This document shows, one piece after another, positions 48,224 through 59,374 of a DNA stretch of 64,000 nt (the first letter of the stretch is position 1; each line of letters begins with the position of its first letter). This DNA comes from Candidatus Helarchaeota archaeon (GTDB lineage Archaea; Asgardarchaeota; Lokiarchaeia; Helarchaeales; RDOG01), in contig JAHPZH010000003.1 of assembly GCA_019058315.1 (NCBI GenBank), positions 204,351 through 268,350 on the forward strand, given 5' to 3'. The notes under the pieces were generated by a model. It saw nothing but the letters and a program-made list of their open reading frames with translations, ran no database searches and was not told the DNA's origin. The translations under genes were made by a program, and so were the position numbers.

Positions 48224-51200
48224 TTATTTATAATCCCCGATATTTTCAAGAGTTTTTAGAAATTCTTGCCTTTCTTCCTTTGACATTCCAGCTAGTTCCT
48301 TCAACATTGCTATTTTTTCAGAGTCAGTTAAATCATCTAGTTTTAATATTTTCTCAATTTCAGTTTTTGATAAAGTTGTAAATCCTTTCTTAAAGAAATC
48401 CTCAATTTTCTTGTCTTTAATGAAGTCCAATGCAGTTTTTGACTTTACTAGACTTTTAAGTTTTGAATCCAAGTTTTTATCACCAATTCCCATGAATTTT
48501 GGTTTACTTCTAGTTACGGCAGCTATAGAAATTATGGAAACAGCAGCTATAGCACCTATAATTATAAAACCTAGAGGTGATAATAGAAAATCTAATATAC
48601 CTCCTTCTCCTCCAGGGGGGAATAAGGGTATTTGAGGTTCACTAGGCTTTTCAATGACTGTATAAACGTAAGAAAATGTCATATTAATATTGTTACTTGT
48701 ATCATTCACCCAAATTGAAAAATTAATTATAGTTCCAACAGTTCTTTGAGAGAAAACATACAACCAAAAACCATCATAATAATTGCCTGTATAGAAATTC
48801 ACCGTATCATTCTGAAATGTTCCAGTATAGTTGTGGCTGATAATAACTTTACTCACATTAACATTATCACTAATCCATATGAAAATAATCACATCATCTT
48901 CATCAGTTGGTGGATTTGGGTTTATTGTTACATAATGAATATTGGGAATTTCATTATCAATTATCGTATAATTGAATGAGCTATTAATATTAAAATTATT
49001 GTTTGTGTCGTTAGCTATTATTAAATAGTCAATTGTGGTTCCTGCTAGATTAGAGGGGATAATATAGTACCAATAGCCATCTTGAGGGGTTCCAGAAAGT
49101 GGAAACATTGTGTAATTACTCGGAGTACCCGTATGATTTGAATTAATTATAACAGTATCTATTCCCACGTTATCGGTAACACGAACAGTAATATTAACCA
49201 TATCCAAGTTGCCAGGCTTAACTAGATCTCGAGATACCAAAACTATATTTGGATTCTCCCTTACCACTACATATTGGTAAGGGCCAACAGTGTCAGGATT
49301 ATTAGTTGTATCATTTACCCAGATTGAATAAACAACCCTAGTTCCTATGGCTTGGGCGGGAATCGTGAAATTCCAATACCCATCTTGATTAGAACCTGAC
49401 AAGAAATCCATATCATAATCAGTTGGGGTCCCTGTGTGGTTTGAATTGAATAAGACAGTATCAATTCCCACATTATCAGTAATATAGACAGTGATATTAA
49501 CTATATATAAGTCACTAGGGGTGGATGGATCTCGAGAAACTGTAACTATATTTGGATTCTCATTATCAATTATCGTATATTGGTATGGTCCATCAATATC
49601 AAAGTTGATAGTTGTTGTATCACATGCCCAGATTGAATAATTGATAACTGTTCCTGCAAAATTGGCAGGAATAGTACAGTTCCAATAACCATCTTGAAAG
49701 GTTCCTGATAGGAAATCCATTGTATAATTGTCTGTAGTTCCTGTATGATTCGAAATAAGTAAAACTTTGTCTACTTGTACATTATCAGTAATACGAACAG
49801 TAATATTAACTGAATCAAGGTTACCAGGGTTTAGTGGGTTCCTAAAAACTGAAATTATATTTGGATCTTCGTTATCTATTACGGTATATGGATATGGACC
49901 ATCAGAAATCGAGTTATTACTTGTATCATTAACCCAGAATGAATATACAATTGTAGTTCCTGCTGTTTTTGCAGGAATTGTAAAGTTCCAATAGCCATCT
50001 TGAGCATCTCCTGATAGAAAATCCATTTCATAGTCGGTTGGGGTTCCTGAATGATTTGAATTAATCATAACGGTGTCAACCCCCACATTATCAGTAACTT
50101 GGATAGTAATATTAACAGGATCTAAGTTCCCAGGACCAGGTGGATCTATTAAGATTGAATCTATAACTGGATCCACAGCATCACTTATTCCTACTGTATA
50201 TTGGTAAGGACCATCAGTTTCCGGATTATTAGTTGTATCATTAACCCATATTGAATAAACAACTCTGGTTCCTGTAGGATAGGCAGGAATGGTGAAGTTC
50301 CAATAGCCATTCTGGTAAGATCCTGATAGGAAATCCATTGTATAATTGTATGTAGTTCCTGTATGATTAGAATTGATTAAAACGGTGTCAACTTCCACAT
50401 TATCAGCAATAATGCAAGTAATATTAACCGTATCCAAGTCACCAGGATTAAATGGATCTCGAGTAACTGCAATTATATTTGGATTTTCGTTATCAATTAT
50501 AGTATATTGATATGGTCCATCAGTAACATTATTATTACTTGTATCATTAGCCCAAATTGAATAATTAATTATAGTTCCAGCAGTATAGTTAGGAATAGTA
50601 TAGTTCCAATAACTATTTTGAGGGGTTCCTGATAGAAAATCCATTTTGTAAAATTCAAGGATTCCTGTGTTGATTATAACGGTGTCTACTCCCACATTAT
50701 CTGTAACACGGACAGTGATATTAACTGTATCCAAGTTGCCTGGGTTGAACGGATCTCTAGAAACTGAAACTATATTTGGATTTTCGTTATCAATAACAGT
50801 ATATTGATATGGTCCAGTTGTGTCAGGATTGTTACTCGTGTCATTCACCCAGAATGAATAACTAATGGTAGTTCCTGCTGGTTGGGCAGGAATTGTATAG
50901 TTCCAATAACCATCTTGAAATGTTCCTGATAAGAACTCCATTTCATAATCGGTAGGAGTTCCAGTGTGATTTGAATTGATTAAAACGGTGTCTACTCCCA
51001 CATTATCTGTGATATTAATAGTAATATTAACAGAATCCAAGTTACCAGGATTAAATGGATTTCTAAATACAGTATCAATATTCGGGTTTTCACCGTCGCT
51101 TATGAGATATTGGTATGGTCCATCAGTACTGGGATTGTTAGTTGTATCATTTGCCCAAATTGAATAAGTAACTGTAGTTCCTGCTGGATAGGCGGGAATT

Positions 51201-54200
51201 GTATAGTTCCAATAGCAATCTTGAATAGTTCCCGATAAGAAATCCATTTCATAATTTATCAGAGCTCCAGTATGGTTTGAATTGATTAAAACAGTATCTA
51301 CGCCTATATTATCAGTAACATGAACAGTAATATTTACAGTATTTAGATTATTAGGGAAAAGAGGGTCCCGTATAACTGAAATGATATTTGGATTCACACC
51401 ATCTATTATTGTATATTGGAAAGGACCATCTGTATTAAAGTTATTAACTGTATCATTCACCCAAATTGAATAAGAAATTGTAATTCCTATTGGAGATGCG
51501 GGAATAGTATAATTCCAAAAACCATTTTGAGCATCTCCACCTAGAAAATCCATTTCATAATTTAATGGGGTCCCTGTATGATTTGAATTGATTAAAACCT
51601 TGTCTACTCCTGTGTCATCAGTAATTTGCACGGTAATAATTACCGAATCTAAATTAGTTGGATTAGCTGGAACTCGTGAAATTGAAGCTACATTTGGAGG
51701 ATTTCCTTTTGTATTTACATACATTACTTCTTGATCAGATCCCCATTCACCATTTGTTGAATCAAACCAAACAACATGGAGATGCCCGTATTTATCTGCG
51801 ACGATATCGGGTCTATAACTGTGATCATTATTCCATCCGTATAGGTCTGAAATGACAGTTGCATTTGACCATCCTGAGGAAGGATAACTTACATACATAA
51901 TTTCAGTATCTAAACCCCAAGTGCCATTTGTTTGCTCTTCCCAAACAACATGTAATTTACCATTTTCATCAGTAATTATTCGAGCAAATCTACTAGTATC
52001 ATTATTCCAACCAGTACTATCATCTGAAATACAAGTTGCATTAGACCAACCAGAGGTTGTATGATTAATGTACATGATTTCTGCATCAGTTCCCCATTCA
52101 CCAACTGTTCGATCCTCCCAGACTACATGTAAATTTCCATTATTATCCATTGCTATATCAGGATTATAATTATTACCAGTATTCCAACCATAGATATCTG
52201 AAATACAAGTTGCATTAGACCAGCCCATAGATGTATAATTTGCATAGAATATTTCTATATCTGCTCCCCATTCACCATTCGTATCATCACGCCAGACCAC
52301 ATGTAAATCCCCATTATTATCTGTTATAATTTCTGGAGCTTCACTTGAGGCGTCATTCCATCCATAAATATCAGAAATACAAGTTGCATTTGACCAACCA
52401 GCTGCAGTATAGTTTGCATACATTATTTCTCTATCAGTTCCCCATTCACCATCTGTCAAATCTTGCCAAACTACATGAATGATTCCATTATTATCCGTGG
52501 CGATACTAGGATACTGACTATTACCGTCATTCCAACCATAAAGGTCTGAGATGCAAGTTACATTGGACCACCCAGCCGCAGTATAATTAACATAAAATAT
52601 TTCTTCATCCGTACCCCATTCACCATCAGTCCTATCATACCAGACCACATGAATTACACCATTAATATCTATAGTAATATCAGGAGCAGAACTATAATCA
52701 TCGTTCCATTGTGTAAAATCGTCTGAAATCACTGTAGCATTGGACCATCCCGCCATCGTATAATTTGCATACATAATTTCTTGATCGGATCCCCATTCTC
52801 CAGGTGTAGTATCAGCCCAGATAACATGTAAATTTCCATTATTATCAATTGCTATTCGAGAAAAAGAGCAAGAACCATCATTCCAACCATATACATCAGA
52901 AATTGCAGTTGCATTAGACCATATGAAAATATTTGAAAAGACATTATAATGGTATGGAACTGTGTTATTGAAGCTATTATTTGTATTATTAGTCCATATG
53001 GAATAAACAATAGTAGTGCCAGCAGGAGAAGCAGGAATAGTATAGTTCCAATAACCATCTTGATTATTTCCTGAAAGTAAATCCATTTCGTAATATATTG
53101 GAGATCCAGTATGATTTGAATTGATTAATACTGTATCTATTCCTCTATCATCGGTAATATGGGTTGTAATATTTACTGAGTCTAAATCATTGGGATCAGC
53201 AGGATATCTTGAAACTGCAGAAATATTTGGAGGTTTTCCTCTCGTATCTACGTACATAATTTCATCATCTGTTCCCCATTCACCATTTGTGCGATCCTGC
53301 CAAGCTATATATACATTTCCAATATTATCTGTAGCAATACAAGGATTTTCACTATTGTCGAAATTCCAATCAGTATTATCATCTGAAAGCACAGTTGCAT
53401 TAGACCAATCCACACCTTTATAATTTGCATACATAATTTCAAAATCCGTTCCCCATTCACCAGCTGTGTTATCCTCCCAAACAACATGCAAATTGTTATT
53501 ATTATCAGTAGTAATAGAAGGCACAAAACTTGTACCATCATTCCACCCATAAATATCAGATATCACTGTTACATTCGACCAACTCGCTCCTGTATAATTA
53601 ACATACATTATTTCTACATCAGCACCCCATGGACCATCTGTATAATCCATCCAGACGACATGTATATTTTCAGCAAAATCTGAGGTAATACTTGGATATC
53701 TGCTATCATCATTATTCCATCTAGTAAAATCATCTGAAATTACAGTTGCATTGGACCAGCCTGCAGCAGTATAATTTGTATACATTATTTCAATATCTGA
53801 ACCCCATTCACCATTTGTTCTATCTTCCCACACTACGTGAACTACTCCATTTTTATCCGTAGTGATGCTTGGGTTCTCACTAAAATCATTATTCCACCCA
53901 TAAATATCAGAAATCACAGTTACATTTGACCAACCCTTACTGGTGCGGTTTACATACATTATTTCTCTATCAAAACCCCATTCACCATCTGTGTCATCTT
54001 GCCAGACAACGTGTAAATTTCCATTATTATCCGTGGCGATTTCTGCATAATAACCACTACCATCGTTCCAACCAGTAAAATCGTCAGAGATAACAGTTGC
54101 ATTGGACCAACCTGAACCAGTATAATTTGAATACATTATTTCACTATCAATTCCCCATTCACCATCAGTGTAATCCTGCCAAACAACATGTATATTTCCA

Positions 54201-57200
54201 TAAATATCTACAGCTATACTAGGGACTGAACTTATGTCATCATTCCACCCGTAAAAGTCTGAGATACAAGTAACATTGGACCAACCAGCCAAAGTGTAAT
54301 TTGCATAATATATTTCCATATCTGTTCCCCATTCACCATCCGTAGCGTCTTCCCAGACAACATGTATATTTCCATTCATATCCGTTGCGATACTGGCTCC
54401 CCCACTATCACCATCATTCCAACCAGTAAAATCATCTGAAATGACTGTTACATTGGTCCAACTTGAAATTATATGAACTGTATATTGAAAAGGTCCATCT
54501 GTATCAAAATTATTATGTGTATCGTTCACCCAAATAGAATAAATAATCGTTGTTCCTGCAGTTTGAGCGGGAATTGTATAGTTCCAATAACCTTGTTGAG
54601 CATTCCCCGATAGAAAATCCATTTCATAATCTATAGGAGTTCCTGTATGATTTGAATTTATTAAGACGGTGTCAACACCTATATTATCTGTTATATATAC
54701 AGTAATATTAACTAAATCCTCATAATTTGGACTAATCGGATCTCTTGAGACTGAATTAATTTTAGGAGGACCTCCTTTTGTATTTACATACATTACTTCA
54801 GTATCAGCTCCCCATTCACCATCAGTATAATCATACCAAACAACATGTATATCACCATTTTTGTCAGCAAAAATCTTGGGGTACGAACTTGTATCATTAT
54901 TCCAACCAGTGATATCGTCTGAAATTACCGTTGCATTGGACCAACTTCCGTCAATATAATTTACATACATAATCTCCGTATCTGTTCCCCACTCACCATC
55001 TGTAAATTCAGACCATACGACATGTAGATTTCCATTATTGTCAATGTCTATGTTGGGATAATAACTCGAACCATCATTCCAACCAGTATAATCATCCGAA
55101 ATCACAGTAGCATTAGACCAATTTGAACCTGTATTATTTACATACATGATTTCTACATCAGAACCCCATTCACCATCTGTGAGATCATAAAAGACCACAT
55201 GTATATCCCCACTATTATCAATAGCAATACTCGGGTAATAACTCCCTGCAACATTCCATCCATAAATATCTGAAATCGCTGTTGCATTGGACCAATTTGT
55301 ACCATTATAATTAACATACATTATTTCCCAATCTGTTCCCCATTCACCATCTGTATCATCTTGCCAGACAACATGTATATTCGAATTATTATCCACAGCT
55401 AAATAAGGGTTCCAACTCCCACCATTATTCCACCCATAAATATCTGAAATACAAGTTGCATTAGACCAGATTCCAGATGAACAATTTGTATACATAATCT
55501 CATCATCAGTTCCCCATTCGCCATTCGTCGCATCATACCAAACAACATGAATATTACCATTCTTATCCGTGGTGATACTAGGTTCTTCACTATCACCATC
55601 ATTCCACCCAGTATAATCATCTGAAATCACTGTAGCGTTAGACCAACCCGCTGTGGTATAATTTGCATACATTATTTCTCTGTCAAGCCCCCATTCACCA
55701 TCTGTGGTGTCATACCAGACCACATGTAAATTTCCATTATTATCGATGGCGATTTCAGGTCCATAGCTATCACCATCATTCCACCCAGTATAATCGTCCG
55801 AAATCACTGTAGCGTTAGACCAACCCGTTGTGGTATAATTTGCATACATTATTTCTGTATCCGATCCCCACTCTCCATTTGTATAATCTTGCCAGACAAC
55901 ATGGACATTTCCATTATTATCAACAGCGATGCTAGGATACCAACTCGAATCACTATTCCACCCGGTAAAATCGTCCGAAATCACAGTAGCATTAGACCAT
56001 TTCAGAATAGTTCTAATTTTATATTGGTATGGACCATCTATATCGAAGTTATCATCTGTATCATTAACCCAGATTGAATAAATAATGGTTGTTCCTACAG
56101 GATAAGTAGGAATTGTGTAGTTCCAATAACCATCTTGATTATTACCTGATAGTAAATCCATTTCATAATTTGCTGGAGTTCCTGTGTGATTTGAATTGAT
56201 TAAAACTGTATTTACTCCTAAATCATCAGTAATATGGGCAGTAATAATAACTTGATCTAAGTTATTTGGATTAATTGGGTTCCTTGAAACTGAAATTATA
56301 TTTGGAAAATCGCTAGATTTATTTGAATACATTATTTCAACATCAGATCCCCATTCACCGTCTGTATTATCTTGCCAGACCACGTGAATGTTATCATTAT
56401 CATCGAATCCAAAATCCACGAAATAGCTATCTCCATCATTCCAGCCATTATAGTGGGAAATGCAAGTCGCATTAGACCAAGAAGAACCTTTATAATTTAT
56501 ATACATTATTTCATAATCAAGTCCCCATTCTCCATCAGTGCCATCTTGCCACAATACATGAATATTTCCATTACTATCTGCACCAATTCTGGGGTTCAAA
56601 CTATACCCATCATTCCATCCTGAGCTATCATCTGATATTACAGTTGCGTTTGACCAACCTGAAGCTGATGAATAGTTAGTATACATGATTTCTACATCAT
56701 CACCCCATTCACCATCCGTGTAATCATACCACACAACGTGCAGATTTCCATTAATATCTACAGTGATCCTTGGTCTCGAACTTATATCGTTATTCCATCC
56801 ATAAATATCTGAAATAACCGTAGCGTTGGACCATCCAGAACCGGAGTAATTTGCATACATAATCTCCCGATCAGTTCCCCACTCACCAACCGTTTCATCC
56901 TCCCAAACAACATGAAGGTTTCCTATGTCATCAGCAGAAATACTGGGATATCGACTTGTACCATTATTCCACCCCGTGAAATCGTCTGAAATTATTGTAG
57001 CATTAGACCAGCCTAAGGCAGTATAATTAACATACATTATTTCTTGATCAGTTCCCCACTCACCATTTGTTTCATCTTGCCAAACAACGTGAATATTCCC
57101 ATTTATATCTGTCGTAATGCTAGCATAAAAACCAGAATCATTGTTCCAACCATAAATATCAGATATTGCGGTTACATTGGACCAACCCGATTCGGTGTAG

Positions 57201-59221
57201 TTTACATATAGGATTTCAGTGTCAGTTCCCCATTCACCATCTGTCGTATCAGTCCAAACCACGTGAATATTACCGTTAATATCAGTAGCAATGCTTGGAT
57301 AGGTGCTCCCACCAACGTTCCAAAGAGTGTAATCATCAGATATTACTGTTGCATTAGACCAACCCGATTCAGTGTAATTTGCATACATTATTTCGTTATC
57401 TGTCCCCCATTCACCATTCGTTGTATCATACCAGACAGCATGAACGTTCCCAAAAATATCGACGGCTATACTTGGGTTAAAACTATCACCTATATTCCAC
57501 CCAGTAATATCGTCTGAAATTACAGTAGCATTAGACCAAATTGAACTGACAGTATATTGGTATGGACCATCAGTGGCCAAGTTATTATAAGTATCATTAA
57601 CCCAGATTGAATAATTAATTATAGTTCCTATTGTTTGAGCAGAAATTGTATAGTTCCAATAACCATCTTGATTGTTACCCGAAAGCAAATCCATCTCATA
57701 ATCCATAGGAGTTCCTGTATGGTTTGAATTAATTAAAACAGTATCTACTCCATAATTATCAGTAATATGAGCAGTAACATTCACTGAATCGAGATTGTTA
57801 GGATTAATTGGATCCCTTAACACAGAGAGTATTATTGGATTCTCAGGTTCCTTACTTGAGTACATTATTTCTGTATCTGTTCCCCATACACCATCAGTAT
57901 TATCATACCATACAACATGCAATCTTCCGTCTTTGTCAATGGCAATATGAGGATAAAGGCTATCTCCATCGTTCCAACCAGTATTATTATCTGAAATTAG
58001 GGTTGCATTAGACCAATTGGTACCAGTGTAATTTGCATACAAAATTTCATCATCAGAACCCCATTCACCATCAGTGTCATCCTGCCATACTACAAAAACA
58101 TTATCATGTATATCTATAGCTATGTCAGGATTAAAGCTACCAGCATCATTCCATCCGTAAATATCTGAAATTGCAGTTGCATTGGACCAGCCTGCACTAG
58201 TGTAATTTACATACATTATTTCTATGTCTGTTCCCCATTCACCAGCTGTGTTATCAAGCCAGACCACGTGAACATTTCCATTACTATCCGTTGCAATACT
58301 AGGATTTTGACTTGAACCACCATTCCATCCATAAATATCAGAAATTGCAGTTGCATTAGACCAACCAGAGGTGGTATAATTAGCATACATTATTTCTACA
58401 TCTGCTCCCCATTCACCTATAGTGGTATCCTGCCAAACTACATGCAAATTCCCATCTTTATCTTTAGCGATGCTAGGATATATACTGGTTCCATCATTCC
58501 AACCAGTAAAATCGTCAGAAATCACAGTTGCATTGGACCAGCCTCCCCCAGTGTTATTTATATACATTATTTCATTATCAATTCCCCATACTCCATGTGT
58601 AGTGTCTTCCCAGACTACGTGTAAGTTGTTATTATTATCAATAACGATTTTAGGCATGTAGCTACTTCCATTATTCCATCCGGTACTGTCATCTGAAATT
58701 ACGGTTGCATTGGACCAGCCTGTGGCAGTATAATTTGTATACATTATTTCTGTATCTGTTCCCCATTCACCATCAGTATAATCCTCCCAAACCACATGTA
58801 AGATTCCATTATTATCCGTGGCGATACTAGGATACTGACTATTACCGTCATTCCAACCATAAAGGTCTGAGATACAAGTTACATTGGACCAGCCCGCCGC
58901 AGTATAATTTACATATAGTATCTCTCGATCATTTCCCCATTCACCATCAGTATAATCCATCCAGACCACATGTACAATTCCATTATCATCTATGGCTATA
59001 CTTGGCATAATACTAGTATCAATATTCCATCCTGTAGAATCATCCGAAATTACAACGACAGTAGACCAACTAGAAGAACTTAAATCTAAATTATTATTAT
59101 CAACAACGGGTAATGATGGAATTATAGGAGAAATAGGAATAATTGAAAGGATAAAAACAAAAGGAATCAGAATAACAATGATAAGCATAATATATTTGAT
59201 AAAATTATTTTTATATTTCAT
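48224..59221 (-). CDS. Giant single-pass surface protein: signal/TM, five units of [7-blade propeller + Ig-like], nine more Ig-like domains, TM, ~95-aa cytoplasmic tail
   Basis: 35 ~59-aa repeats WSNATxISD..GWN...S..P.I..D..G..HVVW.D.T.GEWG.D.EIMY in five groups of seven; 14 ~100-aa repeats P.I..V.R.P..P...D.V.IT..ITDN.GVDTV; dense NxT sequons; ATG 59221 follows GGTGA. Confidence 0.9.
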   Translation of the reverse strand: MKYKNNFIKYIMLIIVILIPFVFILSIIPISPIIPSLPVVDNNNLDLSSSSWSTVVVISDDSTGWNIDTSIMPSIAIDDNGIVHVVWMDYTDGEWGNDREILYVNYTAAGWSNVTCISDLYGWNDGNSQYPSIATDNNGILHVVWEDYTDGEWGTDTEIMYTNYTATGWSNATVISDDSTGWNNGSSYMPKIVIDNNNNLHVVWEDTTHGVWGIDNEIMYINNTGGGWSNATVISDDFTGWNDGTSIYPSIAKDKDGNLHVVWQDTTIGEWGADVEIMYANYTTSGWSNATAISDIYGWNGGSSQNPSIATDSNGNVHVVWLDNTAGEWGTDIEIMYVNYTSAGWSNATAISDIYGWNDAGSFNPDIAIDIHDNVFVVWQDDTDGEWGSDDEILYANYTGTNWSNATLISDNNTGWNDGDSLYPHIAIDKDGRLHVVWYDNTDGVWGTDTEIMYSSKEPENPIILSVLRDPINPNNLDSVNVTAHITDNYGVDTVLINSNHTGTPMDYEMDLLSGNNQDGYWNYTISAQTIGTIINYSIWVNDTYNNLATDGPYQYTVSSIWSNATVISDDITGWNIGDSFNPSIAVDIFGNVHAVWYDTTNGEWGTDNEIMYANYTESGWSNATVISDDYTLWNVGGSTYPSIATDINGNIHVVWTDTTDGEWGTDTEILYVNYTESGWSNVTAISDIYGWNNDSGFYASITTDINGNIHVVWQDETNGEWGTDQEIMYVNYTALGWSNATIISDDFTGWNNGTSRYPSISADDIGNLHVVWEDETVGEWGTDREIMYANYSGSGWSNATVISDIYGWNNDISSRPRITVDINGNLHVVWYDYTDGEWGDDVEIMYTNYSSASGWSNATVISDDSSGWNDGYSLNPRIGADSNGNIHVLWQDGTDGEWGLDYEIMYINYKGSSWSNATCISHYNGWNDGDSYFVDFGFDDNDNIHVVWQDNTDGEWGSDVEIMYSNKSSDFPNIISVSRNPINPNNLDQVIITAHITDDLGVNTVLINSNHTGTPANYEMDLLSGNNQDGYWNYTIPTYPVGTTIIYSIWVNDTDDNFDIDGPYQYKIRTILKWSNATVISDDFTGWNSDSSWYPSIAVDNNGNVHVVWQDYTNGEWGSDTEIMYANYTTTGWSNATVISDDYTGWNDGDSYGPEIAIDNNGNLHVVWYDTTDGEWGLDREIMYANYTTAGWSNATVISDDYTGWNDGDSEEPSITTDKNGNIHVVWYDATNGEWGTDDEIMYTNCSSGIWSNATCISDIYGWNNGGSWNPYLAVDNNSNIHVVWQDDTDGEWGTDWEIMYVNYNGTNWSNATAISDIYGWNVAGSYYPSIAIDNSGDIHVVFYDLTDGEWGSDVEIMYVNNTGSNWSNATVISDDYTGWNDGSSYYPNIDIDNNGNLHVVWSEFTDGEWGTDTEIMYVNYIDGSWSNATVISDDITGWNNDTSSYPKIFADKNGDIHVVWYDYTDGEWGADTEVMYVNTKGGPPKINSVSRDPISPNYEDLVNITVYITDNIGVDTVLINSNHTGTPIDYEMDFLSGNAQQGYWNYTIPAQTAGTTIIYSIWVNDTHNNFDTDGPFQYTVHIISSWTNVTVISDDFTGWNDGDSGGASIATDMNGNIHVVWEDATDGEWGTDMEIYYANYTLAGWSNVTCISDFYGWNDDISSVPSIAVDIYGNIHVVWQDYTDGEWGIDSEIMYSNYTGSGWSNATVISDDFTGWNDGSGYYAEIATDNNGNLHVVWQDDTDGEWGFDREIMYVNRTSKGWSNVTVISDIYGWNNDFSENPSITTDKNGVVHVVWEDRTNGEWGSDIEIMYTNYTAAGWSNATVISDDFTRWNNDDSRYPSITSDFAENIHVVWMDYTDGPWGADVEIMYVNYTGASWSNVTVISDIYGWNDGTSFVPSITTDNNNNLHVVWEDNTAGEWGTDFEIMYANYKGVDWSNATVLSDDNTDWNFDNSENPCIATDNIGNVYIAWQDRTNGEWGTDDEIMYVDTRGKPPNISAVSRYPADPNDLDSVNITTHITDDRGIDTVLINSNHTGSPIYYEMDLLSGNNQDGYWNYTIPASPAGTTIVYSIWTNNTNNSFNNTVPYHYNVFSNIFIWSNATAISDVYGWNDGSCSFSRIAIDNNGNLHVIWADTTPGEWGSDQEIMYANYTMAGWSNATVISDDFTQWNDDYSSAPDITIDINGVIHVVWYDRTDGEWGTDEEIFYVNYTAAGWSNVTCISDLYGWNDGNSQYPSIATDNNGIIHVVWQDLTDGEWGTDREIMYANYTAAGWSNATCISDIYGWNDASSEAPEIITDNNGDLHVVWRDDTNGEWGADIEIFYANYTSMGWSNATCISDIYGWNTGNNYNPDIAMDNNGNLHVVWEDRTVGEWGTDAEIMYINHTTSGWSNATCISDDSTGWNNDTSRFARIITDENGKLHVVWEEQTNGTWGLDTEIMYVSYPSSGWSNATVISDLYGWNNDHSYRPDIVADKYGHLHVVWFDSTNGEWGSDQEVMYVNTKGNPPNVASISRVPANPTNLDSVIITVQITDDTGVDKVLINSNHTGTPLNYEMDFLGGDAQNGFWNYTIPASPIGITISYSIWVNDTVNNFNTDGPFQYTIIDGVNPNIISVIRDPLFPNNLNTVNITVHVTDNIGVDTVLINSNHTGALINYEMDFLSGTIQDCYWNYTIPAYPAGTTVTYSIWANDTTNNPSTDGPYQYLISDGENPNIDTVFRNPFNPGNLDSVNITINITDNVGVDTVLINSNHTGTPTDYEMEFLSGTFQDGYWNYTIPAQPAGTTISYSFWVNDTSNNPDTTGPYQYTVIDNENPNIVSVSRDPFNPGNLDTVNITVRVTDNVGVDTVIINTGILEFYKMDFLSGTPQNSYWNYTIPNYTAGTIINYSIWANDTSNNNVTDGPYQYTIIDNENPNIIAVTRDPFNPGDLDTVNITCIIADNVEVDTVLINSNHTGTTYNYTMDFLSGSYQNGYWNFTIPAYPTGTRVVYSIWVNDTTNNPETDGPYQYTVGISDAVDPVIDSILIDPPGPGNLDPVNITIQVTDNVGVDTVMINSNHSGTPTDYEMDFLSGDAQDGYWNFTIPAKTAGTTIVYSFWVNDTSNNSISDGPYPYTVIDNEDPNIISVFRNPLNPGNLDSVNITVRITDNVQVDKVLLISNHTGTTDNYTMDFLSGTFQDGYWNCTIPANFAGTVINYSIWACDTTTINFDIDGPYQYTIIDNENPNIVTVSRDPSTPSDLYIVNITVYITDNVGIDTVLFNSNHTGTPTDYDMDFLSGSNQDGYWNFTIPAQAIGTRVVYSIWVNDTTNNPDTVGPYQYVVVRENPNIVLVSRDLVKPGNLDMVNITVRVTDNVGIDTVIINSNHTGTPSNYTMFPLSGTPQDGYWYYIIPSNLAGTTIDYLIIANDTNNNFNINSSFNYTIIDNEIPNIHYVTINPNPPTDEDDVIIFIWISDNVNVSKVIISHNYTGTFQNDTVNFYTGNYYDGFWLYVFSQRTVGTIINFSIWVNDTSNNINMTFSYVYTVIEKPSEPQIPLFPPGGEGGILDFLLSPLGFIIIGAIAAVSIISIAAVTRSKPKFMGIGDKNLDSKLKSLVKSKTALDFIKDKKIEDFFKKGFTTLSKTEIEKILKLDDLTDSEKIAMLKELAGMSKEERQEFLKTLENIGDYK

Positions 59222-59374
59222 CTTCTCACCTAAATTTGAAAATAAAATCAATCTAAAATGATGAAATTTTACTTATAAATGCATGACGTCCATTTTAAAA
59301 TTAGGTTGTGGTAGTCGAGTATGTAAAAAATGATTAAAAAAGGGATATTTTATTTTAGAAATAAAATTAAGGGA

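Noticed and set aside
59278-59297. aaatgcatgacgtccatttt as an operator for the wHTH-appendage-longin protein
   Set aside because: Only a 6-bp perfect core (gacgtc) with imperfect flanks, and no second copy seen upstream of the other genes.
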